Below are positions 9,660-19,315 of a DNA stretch of 29,934 nt, in pieces. How positions within the stretch are numbered: position 1 is the stretch's first letter; each line of letters opens with the position of its first letter. A model generated the notes under the pieces. It searched no databases. It saw nothing but the letters and a program-made list of their open reading frames with translations, and had not been told where the DNA came from. Made by a program: the position numbers and the translations under genes. The DNA is from Macrostomum lignano (Eukaryota), in assembly GCA_002269645.1 (NCBI GenBank), contig NIVC01000425.1:1-29934 (forward strand), in the 5' to 3' direction.

Positions 9660-10290
9660 TATGTGATTAGTGGTGCAGAAAGAAAAAAGGTGAAGGCTTA
9701 ATCCGCGAGTTTAACTTGTATTTATACTAACAGAATGAACAGGTTAGTTGTATAATCTATGGTGAATTAACGATTGAGATTGTCTGTGGGGAAGAGCATG
9801 GCAGACGAAGGGAGTCGGCTAACTGAAAAGTACAAGGCTGAATTGCAAAGCAGAAAGTACAAATAATTGGAGGATGGAAATCCGACAAAGGGTTAGGGGG
9901 TCTGTATTTATAGCGCGGGATTCTCCACTGCCCCAACGCACAAGACCTCGTGACTTTGTTCTATTTTTAGACCTGACGTCTCTTGGGTCTCCTGGCAGAG
10001 TGCACTAGGTTGTGACTCAGTATCTATTTTTAGAAACATGAGTCACTCCTTTCCTTAGAGAAGCGAAGGGCCTTAGGCAAGTGATTCTGCCGTAAACACA
10101 GACCAGCGAGTGCAGTAAACATGTAAACATGTTTACTGCACTTTTAGGACTTCAAGAAAACAAGGTCTGTCATGTGAGCAAGTCACCAGTCAAGGGGAAA
10201 CAGGCCACCAGTAAGCTGACCAGCGGCAGACAGCGACCCAGGGCGAGGGCGAGGGCGAGGGAAACTACTGACCAAGTGCGACGCCTAACA
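9660..10290 (-). repeat. Remainder (U3-R-part of U5) of the BEL/Pao 5' LTR; reconstructed LTR about 663 bp
   Basis: Continues the sequence interrupted at the TSD. Minus-strand TATAAAT at 9912-9906. Candidate LTR start TGTTAGG at 10290 gives TGT...ACA termini. The outer boundary is tentative because the second LTR is outside the window. Confidence 0.6.
9906..10141 (-). promoter_or_regulatory. LTR promoter/enhancer: TATA plus clustered MEF2-, AP-1- and Forkhead-type motifs
   Basis: TATAAAT 9906-12; CTATTTTTAG at 9961-70 and 10024-33; TGACTCA 10013-19; TGAGTCA 10039-45; GTAAACA at 10092, 10115 and 10123, and TGTTTAC at 10130. Motif matches only. Confidence 0.5.
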
Positions 10291-10524
10291 CCAAACTAGC
10301 GGATCACTACAAAATTCAAGTTCAGAGAGCCAGTCGAATTATTATTATTCAAGCCTGCTGCAACAGTCTGCATCATGCATTTATTTAATGAGGTCACAAA
10401 GCCTCAGCTCAAACTCAGCTGCTCATTGAGTCTCAGTTAAACTCAGTTAATGTATTTATTAGGTGAAAGTTAATCAGTTGCAGACTGCACAGTCCCCAAC
10501 AGAAGCCGGTCCAGCAGGTTTGCC

Positions 10525-10964
10525 TCAGCTGCAGCTGAAGGACAGCTTCGCGCTCTTTGTGCACACCCGTACTTTGTGCGCGTTCATTGCTGAGCAATAA
10601 CCCCAGCATGAGCTGTTTGAGTGAGAAATCAAACCATTTGGATTAAAACGCTGACATTCGTCACCCCCACCGTTGAATCACCAGCCAATACGATTGTAAT
10701 TTCCTGTGCTGCATGCCCCTCCTGGCCAATTATCATTATCCGCATCGTAGGTGCTGAACTGCATTCCGTTGTGATACGCTGTCGTATCATTATAGAGGTC
10801 GCCACCCGGCTCCTGGTCTCCGAGCACCAGCTTGTAATTCTCGTCCGCTCCGCGCAACCCGAAATCCTTGAAAGTCGCACGCAAAACTTTGCCGTTGAGT
10901 CGGACTCCCTCATAGATGAGCTTGCATTTGCAGTCTTTTGTCATGGCTAAAAGCTGCTCTAAAC
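10525..10964 (-). pseudogene. Fibrinogen-related (FReD) gene, exon 2, with in-frame TGA at 10680-10678
   Basis: Acceptor ...ctgacAG|GT at 10965/10964. Reads GLEQLLAMT...NYKL...YHNGMQFSTYDADND...IGW*FNG..C..FNPNG... to TGA at 10527-10525. FReD motifs continue in frame past the internal stop. Confidence 0.85.
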
Positions 10965-11864
10965 CTGTCAGATTGATGAGTTAAAAAACTGCTTTAATTT
11001 ATTTTTTTAATTTTTCACCTCCATACAGTACTGTTCGACTAAGCCCTCAAATTCCACCCAGCTGTCCCAGCAACCACTTCCAAAGACGCTGAGCCTTTTG
11101 TCAGGTTCAGCAACTTAATTTGTGCCACCAGTGCACAGTTTTATTCCAGCACTCTTCTTTGTCTTAAAAGTGCCAAGTGAGTCTTCCTTTTGTAGGAACT
11201 CAACGCCCTCACTCATGCACGTCGCCGTGTCTTTAGAGCAACAACAAAGTACGCAGCCCCGCGTATTTAACATGTTAGAGCGTTCGCTGACTATGCTCAA
11301 TCAGCCCCATTGGAAATTTTACAACCCAGAAAATCAGGAAATTTACAAATCGTAAACTTTGAGAAACTTTATACGAGCAAAGCAAGAAATTGGATAATCA
11401 GATGCACCTGAAACTGTTCTGTACATTCGTGTGATTTTGTGAGAATGCCTGTTAAACACGTTCGTCAAACATACATCAAATCGGATCGATGCCTTTCTCT
11501 CTGGTGGTCGATGAGTGCTATTGGTTATCTTTGTTACTTTTACAACATTTACAACCTTGGGCATATGAATTAAAAATCAACATGACAATGAAACTTCACT
11601 ACACAACTATGGAAAAATACAATACAACAGAGTAAAGCTTTTTGCAGGCTAAATAAAACAAATGGTAATTTTCACTGCCCAGATCGAATGCAATCGTTGA
11701 TTTTGTGATGACAAATGATTTTTCCTATCTAAACAGTGTATTTTTCCAGGAAAATGGCCTCCAGAAGTTATACGATATTTAAGTTTTACGGCCTGGCCTT
11801 GCTGGCAGTTCTTACTGATGCACAGGTTTATAGTGGGCCGATGTAAACAGATTACTCTACTTAC

Positions 11865-12438
11865 CCATCCAGTAATTGCCGTTGGGATCTCCGAATCCTT
11901 TCACGTAGCCGTGCCAGTTCTGGGCGAACGAGAGGCTGTTGTCCAGGTGCCTCTGGAAGACCACCTCAGCAGGGACTGGCGCGGGACCGGATGCAGAGCG
12001 GACGGCACCGAACTGAGTGGGAATGGGGCCCTGGAAGCCGAAGGGCGCGAACTGCACAGCCTGCTGGATGAAGAGCGGATGATTGGTGATTTTTTTCCTG
12101 ATGTTTATGCACCTGCGCAAGGTTCTGCACACGAAGACCAGTTTGCCGGAAGCTCCATCACTGGACACTCGACCCAGCACGGTGGCACCGAAGTCCTGGT
12201 TTTGCATTCCATGTTCAGGTATCACCTTCAGTCCGGTGACTTTCCGCTTCCCGTCGGGACTCTCCGTGGCGACCTCAGTGATTTTGAGGTCCAGTTCGAG
12301 CTCGTACTTCTCGTAAAAGATGTTGTAGATAATTTCAGGCGTCTTCTTCAAGAAGTCCACCTGAAACTCTGCGGCAAAGGCGTACGGAACGAGCGACACG
12401 CACAGGACAAGGAAGAGCAGCACGCAGCGGTATTGCAT
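11865..12438 (-). CDS. Fibrinogen-related (FReD) gene, exon 1: signal peptide, unassigned N-terminal region, start of FReD domain
   Basis: Hydrophobic MQYRCVLLFLVLCVSLVPYAFA leader. Ends VVFQRHLDNSLSFAQNWHGYVKGFGDPNGNYWMG, then donor G|GTAAGT at 11865/11864. A phase-1 900-bp intron (10965-11864) restores WMGLEQL. Confidence 0.88.
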
Positions 12439-12856
12439 GGCTACCGTAGTTAAAAATCGGTTAAGCGCTTTGGACCTTGGAGACTGGATTCGGAGTGCCT
12501 GAAAAACACTTGCTGAGTATAAAGTCTGCTTAAGTCTATGCTTTGGGTGAGAGTGGCTTGCGGCTCACTTTTAATGGACCGAAGTTTTAAATTTTAGATA
12601 ATAAAAGCGTTTTTACGCGTGTAAGTTTACATTTTCAAAATAGTTTGGATTTTTTTGGTTGTGAAACTTCCAACGAACATTTAAAGCAAAAAATTTCTAA
12701 TGCGTGTCTTGACTATGGAATGCGACAGACCCATAAAAGAAAAAGCAAGGGAATTTCTTGCCTGTTCTGCAGTTCGTGAGACTTGACTTCAATGCAGAGT
12801 TGGTCCTGACGATTCTCTGGCTTCTGAGATCTCCACTTTGCGATGGAGGAGGTGGC

Positions 12857-13377
<521 letters not shown>

Positions 13378-13932
13378 CACACCTAGGTTGACTGCCCCTG
13401 TCTCTTGGTGGGCCGCTGTGTGAACACCCGTGTACTGTTGTACTACTGCAAGTAGTACAACAGTAGTACTAAAAGTAGTACTTTTATCCTGTACACCCTG
13501 CCGTTACTCCGTAGGCCAAGTATTTCAGTGATGCAACAGTTAGTAACCTTAATCACGTAAGGTCTTCATGATCCAAGGTTAAGATATCCGACGCATTTTT
13601 AGTCTACTAGAAAAAGCCAAAAAATAGAAATGAAAAATGAGGCATTGTTGAAAAACGGTGACGGCAAGACATTTGCAATAAAATTGCAGCAAAAAGTGCC
13701 TTAAATGGCAAAGTCAGACTCTTCGGTACGCTCTTAAGGTGACTTGACCAGTAGGTTAGAAAGCCTTACCTAATTTAACATTCGCATAGATTTAGTTCGA
13801 CATGCATACGAGTACATGCACTCATGTACCTAGGTATGAACAATTATTAGCAGTCTCTGAGACACAGAGAGGAAGAGTGTTGCAATTGGAGTGTACAATC
13901 TTGCCGTACGCTGATTTCTAAAAATAGAATCA

Positions 13933-13989
13933 ACTGCCAGGCTGGAAGTTTCGACGTCACTGCCTCACCCCCGCCAGTGCATTTATATG
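13933..13989 (+). promoter_or_regulatory. Candidate promoter of Arf-like gene A: ACTGCCAGGCTGGAAG plus TATA-like GCATTTATATG
   Basis: The same 16-mer and a GCATTTAWATG box lie at equivalent positions upstream of paralog B, amid otherwise unalignable sequence. Confidence 0.55.
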
Positions 13990-14039
13990 CAGTAGATGGA
14001 CAATTTCCGTCTTTCTAAGACGCCCAATTCTTCTCCAGC

Positions 14040-14735
14040 ATGGGTCAGGCTATCAGTTCAGCGTTAATCTGTCGTCGAACCCCGGACCTCCGCATCCTAA
14101 TCTGCGGCCTAGACGCGGCCGGCAAGACATCTGTTCTGTACAGACTGAAAACTGGAGAGCTCCTGTGCACAATTCCCACCATTGGCTTCAATGTTGAGCT
14201 GGTAAGCGTGGAAGGCCGGGCAAAGCTCACTATTTGGGACATTGGCGGTCGCGACAAGATGCGCGCCTTGCACCGGCACTACTACCCGAACTCTCGCGGT
14301 GTGTTGTACATTGTGGACGGCGTAGACCGAGACCGCCTTGGCGAGTCCGTTGACGAGCTCAACAGGCTGTGCAGCGAGCTGGACGACTGCGAACTTGGCG
14401 ACATTCCGCTGGCGCTCCTGTGCAACAAGTCCGACCTGAAGCCCCAGGCCGTAGCCGAGACCTGCAATGAGCTGCGCAAGGTGGCCGCATCGATTCGAAG
14501 GCCCTGCCGCTGCTTCGAGGTCTCGGCGGCTACCGGAGCGGGTCTGGCCGAAGCCGTCGACTGGCTGATCGCCTCCGCGCTGCACGAGCTGACGAAGGAG
14601 CTGGAGAGGGAGAGCCTGCCTGAGCAGGAGGGACTTGACAAGGTCGGTGAAGTGAGCAAAGCTGCAGAGCTGACAGCAGGCTCCGGCTGGAGGAGCGGCT
14701 TGTACAGCCTGGTGAAGTCCGTGATGCTGCGGTAG
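14040..14735 (+). CDS. Arf-family small GTPase, paralog A (231 aa, intronless)
   Basis: Gly2 myristoylation site; G1 GLDAAGKT; switch [11 protein letters not shown]; G3 WDIGGR; G4 NKSD; G5 SA; C-terminal extension of about 45 aa. Confidence 0.95.
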   Translation: MGQAISSALICRRTPDLRILICGLDAAGKTSVLYRLKTGELLCTIPTIGFNVELVSVEGRAKLTIWDIGGRDKMRALHRHYYPNSRGVLYIVDGVDRDRLGESVDELNRLCSELDDCELGDIPLALLCNKSDLKPQAVAETCNELRKVAASIRRPCRCFEVSAATGAGLAEAVDWLIASALHELTKELERESLPEQEGLDKVGEVSKAAELTAGSGWRSGLYSLVKSVMLR

Positions 14736-15055
14736 TTGTGGGGACGATGCAAGAGACTTGTGCCTGCGACTTTTAAATCATGATCACTTCTGCACAGATA
14801 CACCGCATTACATTTGATTTGTATAGTAAAATACAATAACTTTTATAACGATTTTCTTTTGAAATGCTAAGAAATGCGATTAAATCAAGCTGTGTTACTG
14901 GTGTGTTCGAATTCTCCTTGGGAAATCTACATAACTAAACCTCAATATGTACTAATTTTCAGTAGGGTGCGCAGATATTTTAATTTAATTGGGTGCTAAT
15001 GATTAGGGTCTTGCATGATGGGCGCCCCAGATACGAGTCGAATCAACCTCATGTT

Positions 15056-15892
15056 GAATAGGATTGTAACCTCAAGAAGGATGGGAGTTTAACCTCAAGA
15101 AGAATGGGAGTTTAACCTCATGAAGAATGGGAGTTAAACCTCAAGAAGGATGGGAGTTTAACCTCATGAAGGATGGGAGTTTAACCTCATGAAGAATGGG
15201 AGTTAAACCTCAAGAAGAATGGGAGTTTAACCTCAAGAAGGATGGGAGTTTAACCTCAAGAAGGATGGGAGTTTAACCTCATGAAGAATGGGAGTTTAAC
15301 CTCAAGAAGAATGGGAGTTTAACCTCAAGAAGAATGGGAGTTTAACCTCAAGAAGGATGGGAGTTTAACCTCAAGAAGGATGGGAGTTTAACCTCATGAA
15401 GGATGGGAGTTTAACCTCATGAAGAATGGGAGTTAAACCTCAAGAAGGATGGGAGTTTAACCTCATGAAGGATGGGAGTTTAACCTCATGAAGAATGGGA
15501 GTTTAACCTCAAGAAGGATGGGAGTTTAACCTCAAAAAGAATGGGAGTTTAATCTCATGAAGAATGGGAGTTAAACCTCAAGAAGGATGGGAGTTTAACC
15601 TCATGAAGGATGGGAGTTTAACCTCATGAAGAATGGGAGTTAAACCTCAAGAAGGATGGGAGTTTAACCTCATGAAGGATGGGAGTTTAACCTCATGAAG
15701 AATGGGAGTTAAACCTCAAGAAGGATGGGAGTTTAACCTCATGAAGGATGGGAGTTTAACCTCATGAAGAATGGGAGTTAAACCTCAAGAAGGATGGGAG
15801 TTTAACCTCATGAAGGATGGGAGTTTAACCTCATGAAGAATGGGAGTTTAACCTCAAGAAGGATGGGAGTTTAACCTCATAAAAGATGGGAT
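15056..15892 (+). repeat. 23-bp minisatellite GRATGGGAGTTWAACCTCAWGAA, about 36 copies, with a 69-bp higher-order unit
   Basis: Direct reading. A trimer of variant units repeats in the distal half. Confidence 0.97.
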
Positions 15893-16225
15893 TTTTGCGA
15901 TAAACCAAGAGATATCCAGCTCTACGTAATGCTTTCTTTGCTCTACTGGGCCGTTGTTACAATTCCACTAAATTCTCAGACGCATCGCGGCCATGATAAA
16001 GCTCTTGTAACATTTTCAAAGAGTGCACTCAGAGTACACATGCAGAGTAAGAGATGAAGAGAGAAGCAGAGAGAAACAGGGCATACAAGTGGCGCCGTTG
16101 CTAAGTGGCAGTCTCGTACGTACGGAGGAGACAGAGGACCGGCCCGCGTACAGTCAATGTACATTCGTGCCCAGCTATAAACAAAAGCAATTCTTCTGTA
16201 GCCGTCAACCCTTTTTCCTTGTCCG

Positions 16226-16276
16226 ACTGCCAGGCTGGAAGCTCACACGCCACCTCAAAGCTGCGGCATTTAAATG
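16226..16276 (+). promoter_or_regulatory. Candidate promoter of Arf-like gene B: ACTGCCAGGCTGGAAG plus GCATTTAAATG
   Basis: Identical 16-mer to 13933-13948. Confidence 0.55.
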
Positions 16277-16328
16277 AAGTTTACATTTTAGAGAGCTTCT
16301 CATTGCATTTTTAAAGGCTTATTTTAAC

Positions 16329-17030
16329 ATGGGTCAGGCTATCAGTTCAGCGCTCCTCTGTCGTCGAACCCCGGACCTCCGCATCCTAATCTGGGGCCTA
16401 GACGCGGCCGGCAAGACTTCGATTCTGTACAAACTGAAAACTGGAGAGCTCGTGTTCACAATTCCCACCATTGGCTTCAATGTTGAGCAGCTTTGCATCG
16501 AAGGCCGGGCCAACCTGACCGTCTGGGACATTGGACAAGGCGGTCGGGAAAAGACGCGCGCCCTGTACCGGCACTACTACTCGAACTCTCGCGGTGTGTT
16601 GTACATTGTGGACGGCGTAGACCGAGACCGCCTTGGCGAGTCCGTTGACGAGCTCAACAGGCTGTGCAGCGAGCTGGACGACTGCGAACTTGGCGACATT
16701 CCGCTGGCGCTGCTGTGCAACAAGTCCGACCTGAAGCTCCAGGCCGTAGCCGAGACCTGCAATGAGCTGCGCAAGGTGGCCGCATCGATTCGAAGGCCCT
16801 GCCGCTGCTTCGAGGTCTCGGCGGCTACCGGAGCGGGTCTGGCCGAAGCCGTCGACTGGCTGATCGCCTCCGCGCTGCACGAGCTGCCGAAGGAGCTGGA
16901 GATGGAGAGCCTGTCTGAGCAGGAGGGACTTGACAAGGTCGGTGAAGTGAGCAAAGCTGCAGAGCTGACAGCAGGCTCCGGCTGGAGGAGCGGCTTGTAC
17001 AGCCTGGTGAAGTCCGTGATGCTGCGGTAG
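16329..17030 (+). CDS. Arf-family small GTPase, paralog B (233 aa, intronless)
   Basis: Same motifs as paralog A. G3 reads WDIGQGGR because of a 6-nt insertion. Confidence 0.95.
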   Translation: MGQAISSALLCRRTPDLRILIWGLDAAGKTSILYKLKTGELVFTIPTIGFNVEQLCIEGRANLTVWDIGQGGREKTRALYRHYYSNSRGVLYIVDGVDRDRLGESVDELNRLCSELDDCELGDIPLALLCNKSDLKLQAVAETCNELRKVAASIRRPCRCFEVSAATGAGLAEAVDWLIASALHELPKELEMESLSEQEGLDKVGEVSKAAELTAGSGWRSGLYSLVKSVMLR

Positions 17031-17334
17031 TTGTGGGGACGATGCAAGAGACTTGTGCCTGCGACTTTTAAATCATGATTATTTCTTCACAGATCTACCA
17101 TATTACTGTATAGTGTATCTAATCGTTCGCTAGAGTTAATAAATTTTATTTATAAATAAACAAACTTTCATTTTACGGCACGTATCTTAAAATGCGACAA
17201 AAGAACCGCCATTGGTAGTTATGGCTTGCAGTTGAATATTTATAAGGAATGCGAAATTCTGTGAGTGCTTAAAACTCCAACCTGCTAGATTAGCAGTACT
17301 AAATTTTATACACTTCGACTTCCCCTGCAATCTC

Positions 17335-17722
17335 TCGTTGTCGCCAGTCTTAGCATCGACTGGAAACACCAGCCTGTTGAACCTTGCCAAAGACCGGCCC
17401 AAATGGTCAAAAAATACCAACCGTTGGATTCAACGTCGTTGAAGAATCGTTGATTGAGAAAGCTGAAAACGGCAAAATACGTTGATAATCATCCCGTGGG
17501 ACGTTGCGGTGGCACTTATTTGATAACTCTGACGATATTTTTGACGTGTTCGAGGCGATAGAGGAGTCATTAGGGCAATGCGACTCACTGGGTAGCAAAG
17601 AGCAGCTGGGCCTGCCTGTGGCCAGCCATCATGGCCGACACCTGCAAGCAGATACAGCAAAATGGCCGCCACTAAACAGGTAGCGGGTGCAGACGGACTG
17701 ATTGTGGCGTTTGCAGAGGGGG
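17335..17722 (+). pseudogene. Degenerate third Arf-like sequence
   Basis: Collinear relics in shifting frames: STGNTSLL (P-loop-like), IPTVGFNV (17414-17437), WDV (17497-17505), HLFDNSD and LGLPVA. There are stops and frameshifts. Confidence 0.6.
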
Positions 17723-18196
17723 CCAAGAGACAGGGGCGCCCACCAAGAGACAGGGGCGCGTACCATGGGACAGGGGCACCCACCAAGAGACAGGGGCGCC
17801 CATCAAGAGACAGGGGCGCCCAACAAGAGACAGGGCCGCTCACCAAGAGACAGGGGCGCCCAACAAGAGACAGGGCCGCTCACCAAGAGACAGGGGCACC
17901 CAACAAGAGACAGGGCCGCTCACCAAGAGACAGGGGCGCCCACCAAGAAATAGGGGCAGCCACCAAGACAGGGGCGTCACCAAGAGACAGTGGCGCCCAC
18001 CAAGAAATAGGGGCAGCCACCAAGAGACAGGGGCGCCCACCAAGAGACAGGGGCGCCCACCAAGAGACACAAACGCCCACCAAGAGACACAAACGCCCAC
18101 CAAGAGACACAAACGCCCACCAAGAGACAGGGGCGCCCACCAAGAAATAGGGGCAGCCACCAAGAGACAGGGGCGCCCACCAAGACAGGGGCGTCA
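17723..18196 (+). repeat. 20-bp GC-rich minisatellite CACCAAGAGACAGGGGCGCC with variants
   Basis: Direct reading. It explains the repetitive ORFs on both strands here. Confidence 0.95.
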
Positions 18197-18366
18197 TCGA
18201 TCTGCTGAGCCTATATGGAGTTCTGAAAAAATTAAGACCGAAAACACAGACAATAGAGTTTGTTCTCTAACCAGATTTTTTAAATTAAAATGAGGCCGGT
18301 TTACCATTGACACAACCGGCTGAGAAAAGATGGGAGCGACTTAAATTCCACCACAACTTGCTTAGC

Positions 18367-18778
18367 GAATAGGATTGTAACCTCGTTTTAGAATGGGATT
18401 GTAACCTCACGTAGAATGGGATTGTAACCTCATGTAGAATGGGACTGTAACCTCATTTAGAATGGGATTGTAACCTCATGTAGAATGGGATTGTAACCTC
18501 ATGTAGAATGGGATTGTAACCTCATGTAGAATGGGATTGTAACCTCACGTAGAATGCGATTGTAACCTCAAGTAGAATGGGATTGTAACCTCGTGTAGGA
18601 TGGGAGTTAAACCTTATGAAGGATGGGAATTTAACCTAATGAAGGATGGGATTGTAACCTCGTGCAGAATGGGAAATTGTAACCTCGCGTAGGATGGGAT
18701 TGTAACCTCAGGATGGGATTGTAACCTCGTGCAGAATGGGAAATTGTAACCTCGCGTAGGATGGGATTGTAACCTCAC
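18367..18778 (+). repeat. 23-bp minisatellite GAATGGGATTGTAACCTCATGTA, about 18 copies, related to 15056-15892
   Basis: Same unit length and core, the same 18-bp leader GAATAGGATTGTAACCTC, and homologous 3' flank motifs. Confidence 0.95.
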
Positions 18779-19027
18779 CTTATGTACATCTAGCGTGGAA
18801 TTTATGTGACAACAAGAAATATCCAGTTTTGCGCTGCGTAATGCTTTTGTTTAATTCTTCCGATCCCTTCCGAAGTTCCGAGTTACTTCCTTTAATTCTA
18901 TCTATGGTATCGCACTGAATACCTCAGGATCTCAGAGCCAAATGAATTCGACACCTTTAAGAATGTTTCACTTGAACGATAAACGAAAATTTTCGAATAA
19001 AAAGGTCTGCAATCCTTGTCGCCTTGA

Positions 19028-19315
19028 ATGGAGCATGTCCCAGTTGTGCCAGAGTTTCGCGAGGCACTGGCGGCTGTCTTCGACGTATTCATGGCCGTGG
19101 TCGGACTTCTGCCGGTGATTCTAGCGGGACTGGCCCTCATTCTCGGACTGTTATTGATGCTGTTCGGACTTCTGCCGGCTGTTATCGGAGGCTTAGCAAA
19201 TATTCTCGCACTTTGGGCGTCGTTTTTTGTTATTCTAATGACCTTCTTCGGACTTCTGCCGGATATTATTGATATCTATAACGCCAACTTTGGAAGATTG
19301 GCGACAATTATTTGA
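19028..19315 (+). CDS. Hypothetical 95-aa hydrophobic membrane protein with heptad repeats
   Basis: GC-richer island in AT-rich flanks. ATG with G at +4. AATAAA at 19399-19404. The codon-phased repeat TCGGACTTCTGCCGG (GLLP) occurs three times. No charged residue from 20 to 78. No homolog recognised. Confidence 0.6.
   Translation: MEHVPVVPEFREALAAVFDVFMAVVGLLPVILAGLALILGLLLMLFGLLPAVIGGLANILALWASFFVILMTFFGLLPDIIDIYNANFGRLATII

Noticed and set aside
10678-10680. Selenocysteine at the FReD TGA
   Set aside because: The position is a conserved Trp rather than Cys, and I saw no SECIS-like element.
11818-12453. 211-aa plus-strand ORF and other long antisense ORFs over the LINE, Arf and ZFAND4 genes
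   Set aside because: Shadow frames of GC-rich coding sequence with no recognisable motifs.
12749-12758. kappaB-like GGGAATTTCT between FReD and Arf A
   Set aside because: Single imperfect match, expected by chance.
15056-15892. CRISPR-like appearance of the 23-bp arrays (also 18367-18778, 19987-21213, 22761-23143)
   Set aside because: The units are contiguous with no unique spacers, there are no cas genes, and the context is eukaryotic.
17662-18197. Repetitive ORFs on both strands
   Set aside because: Explained by the 20-bp minisatellite, whose unit is not a multiple of 3.
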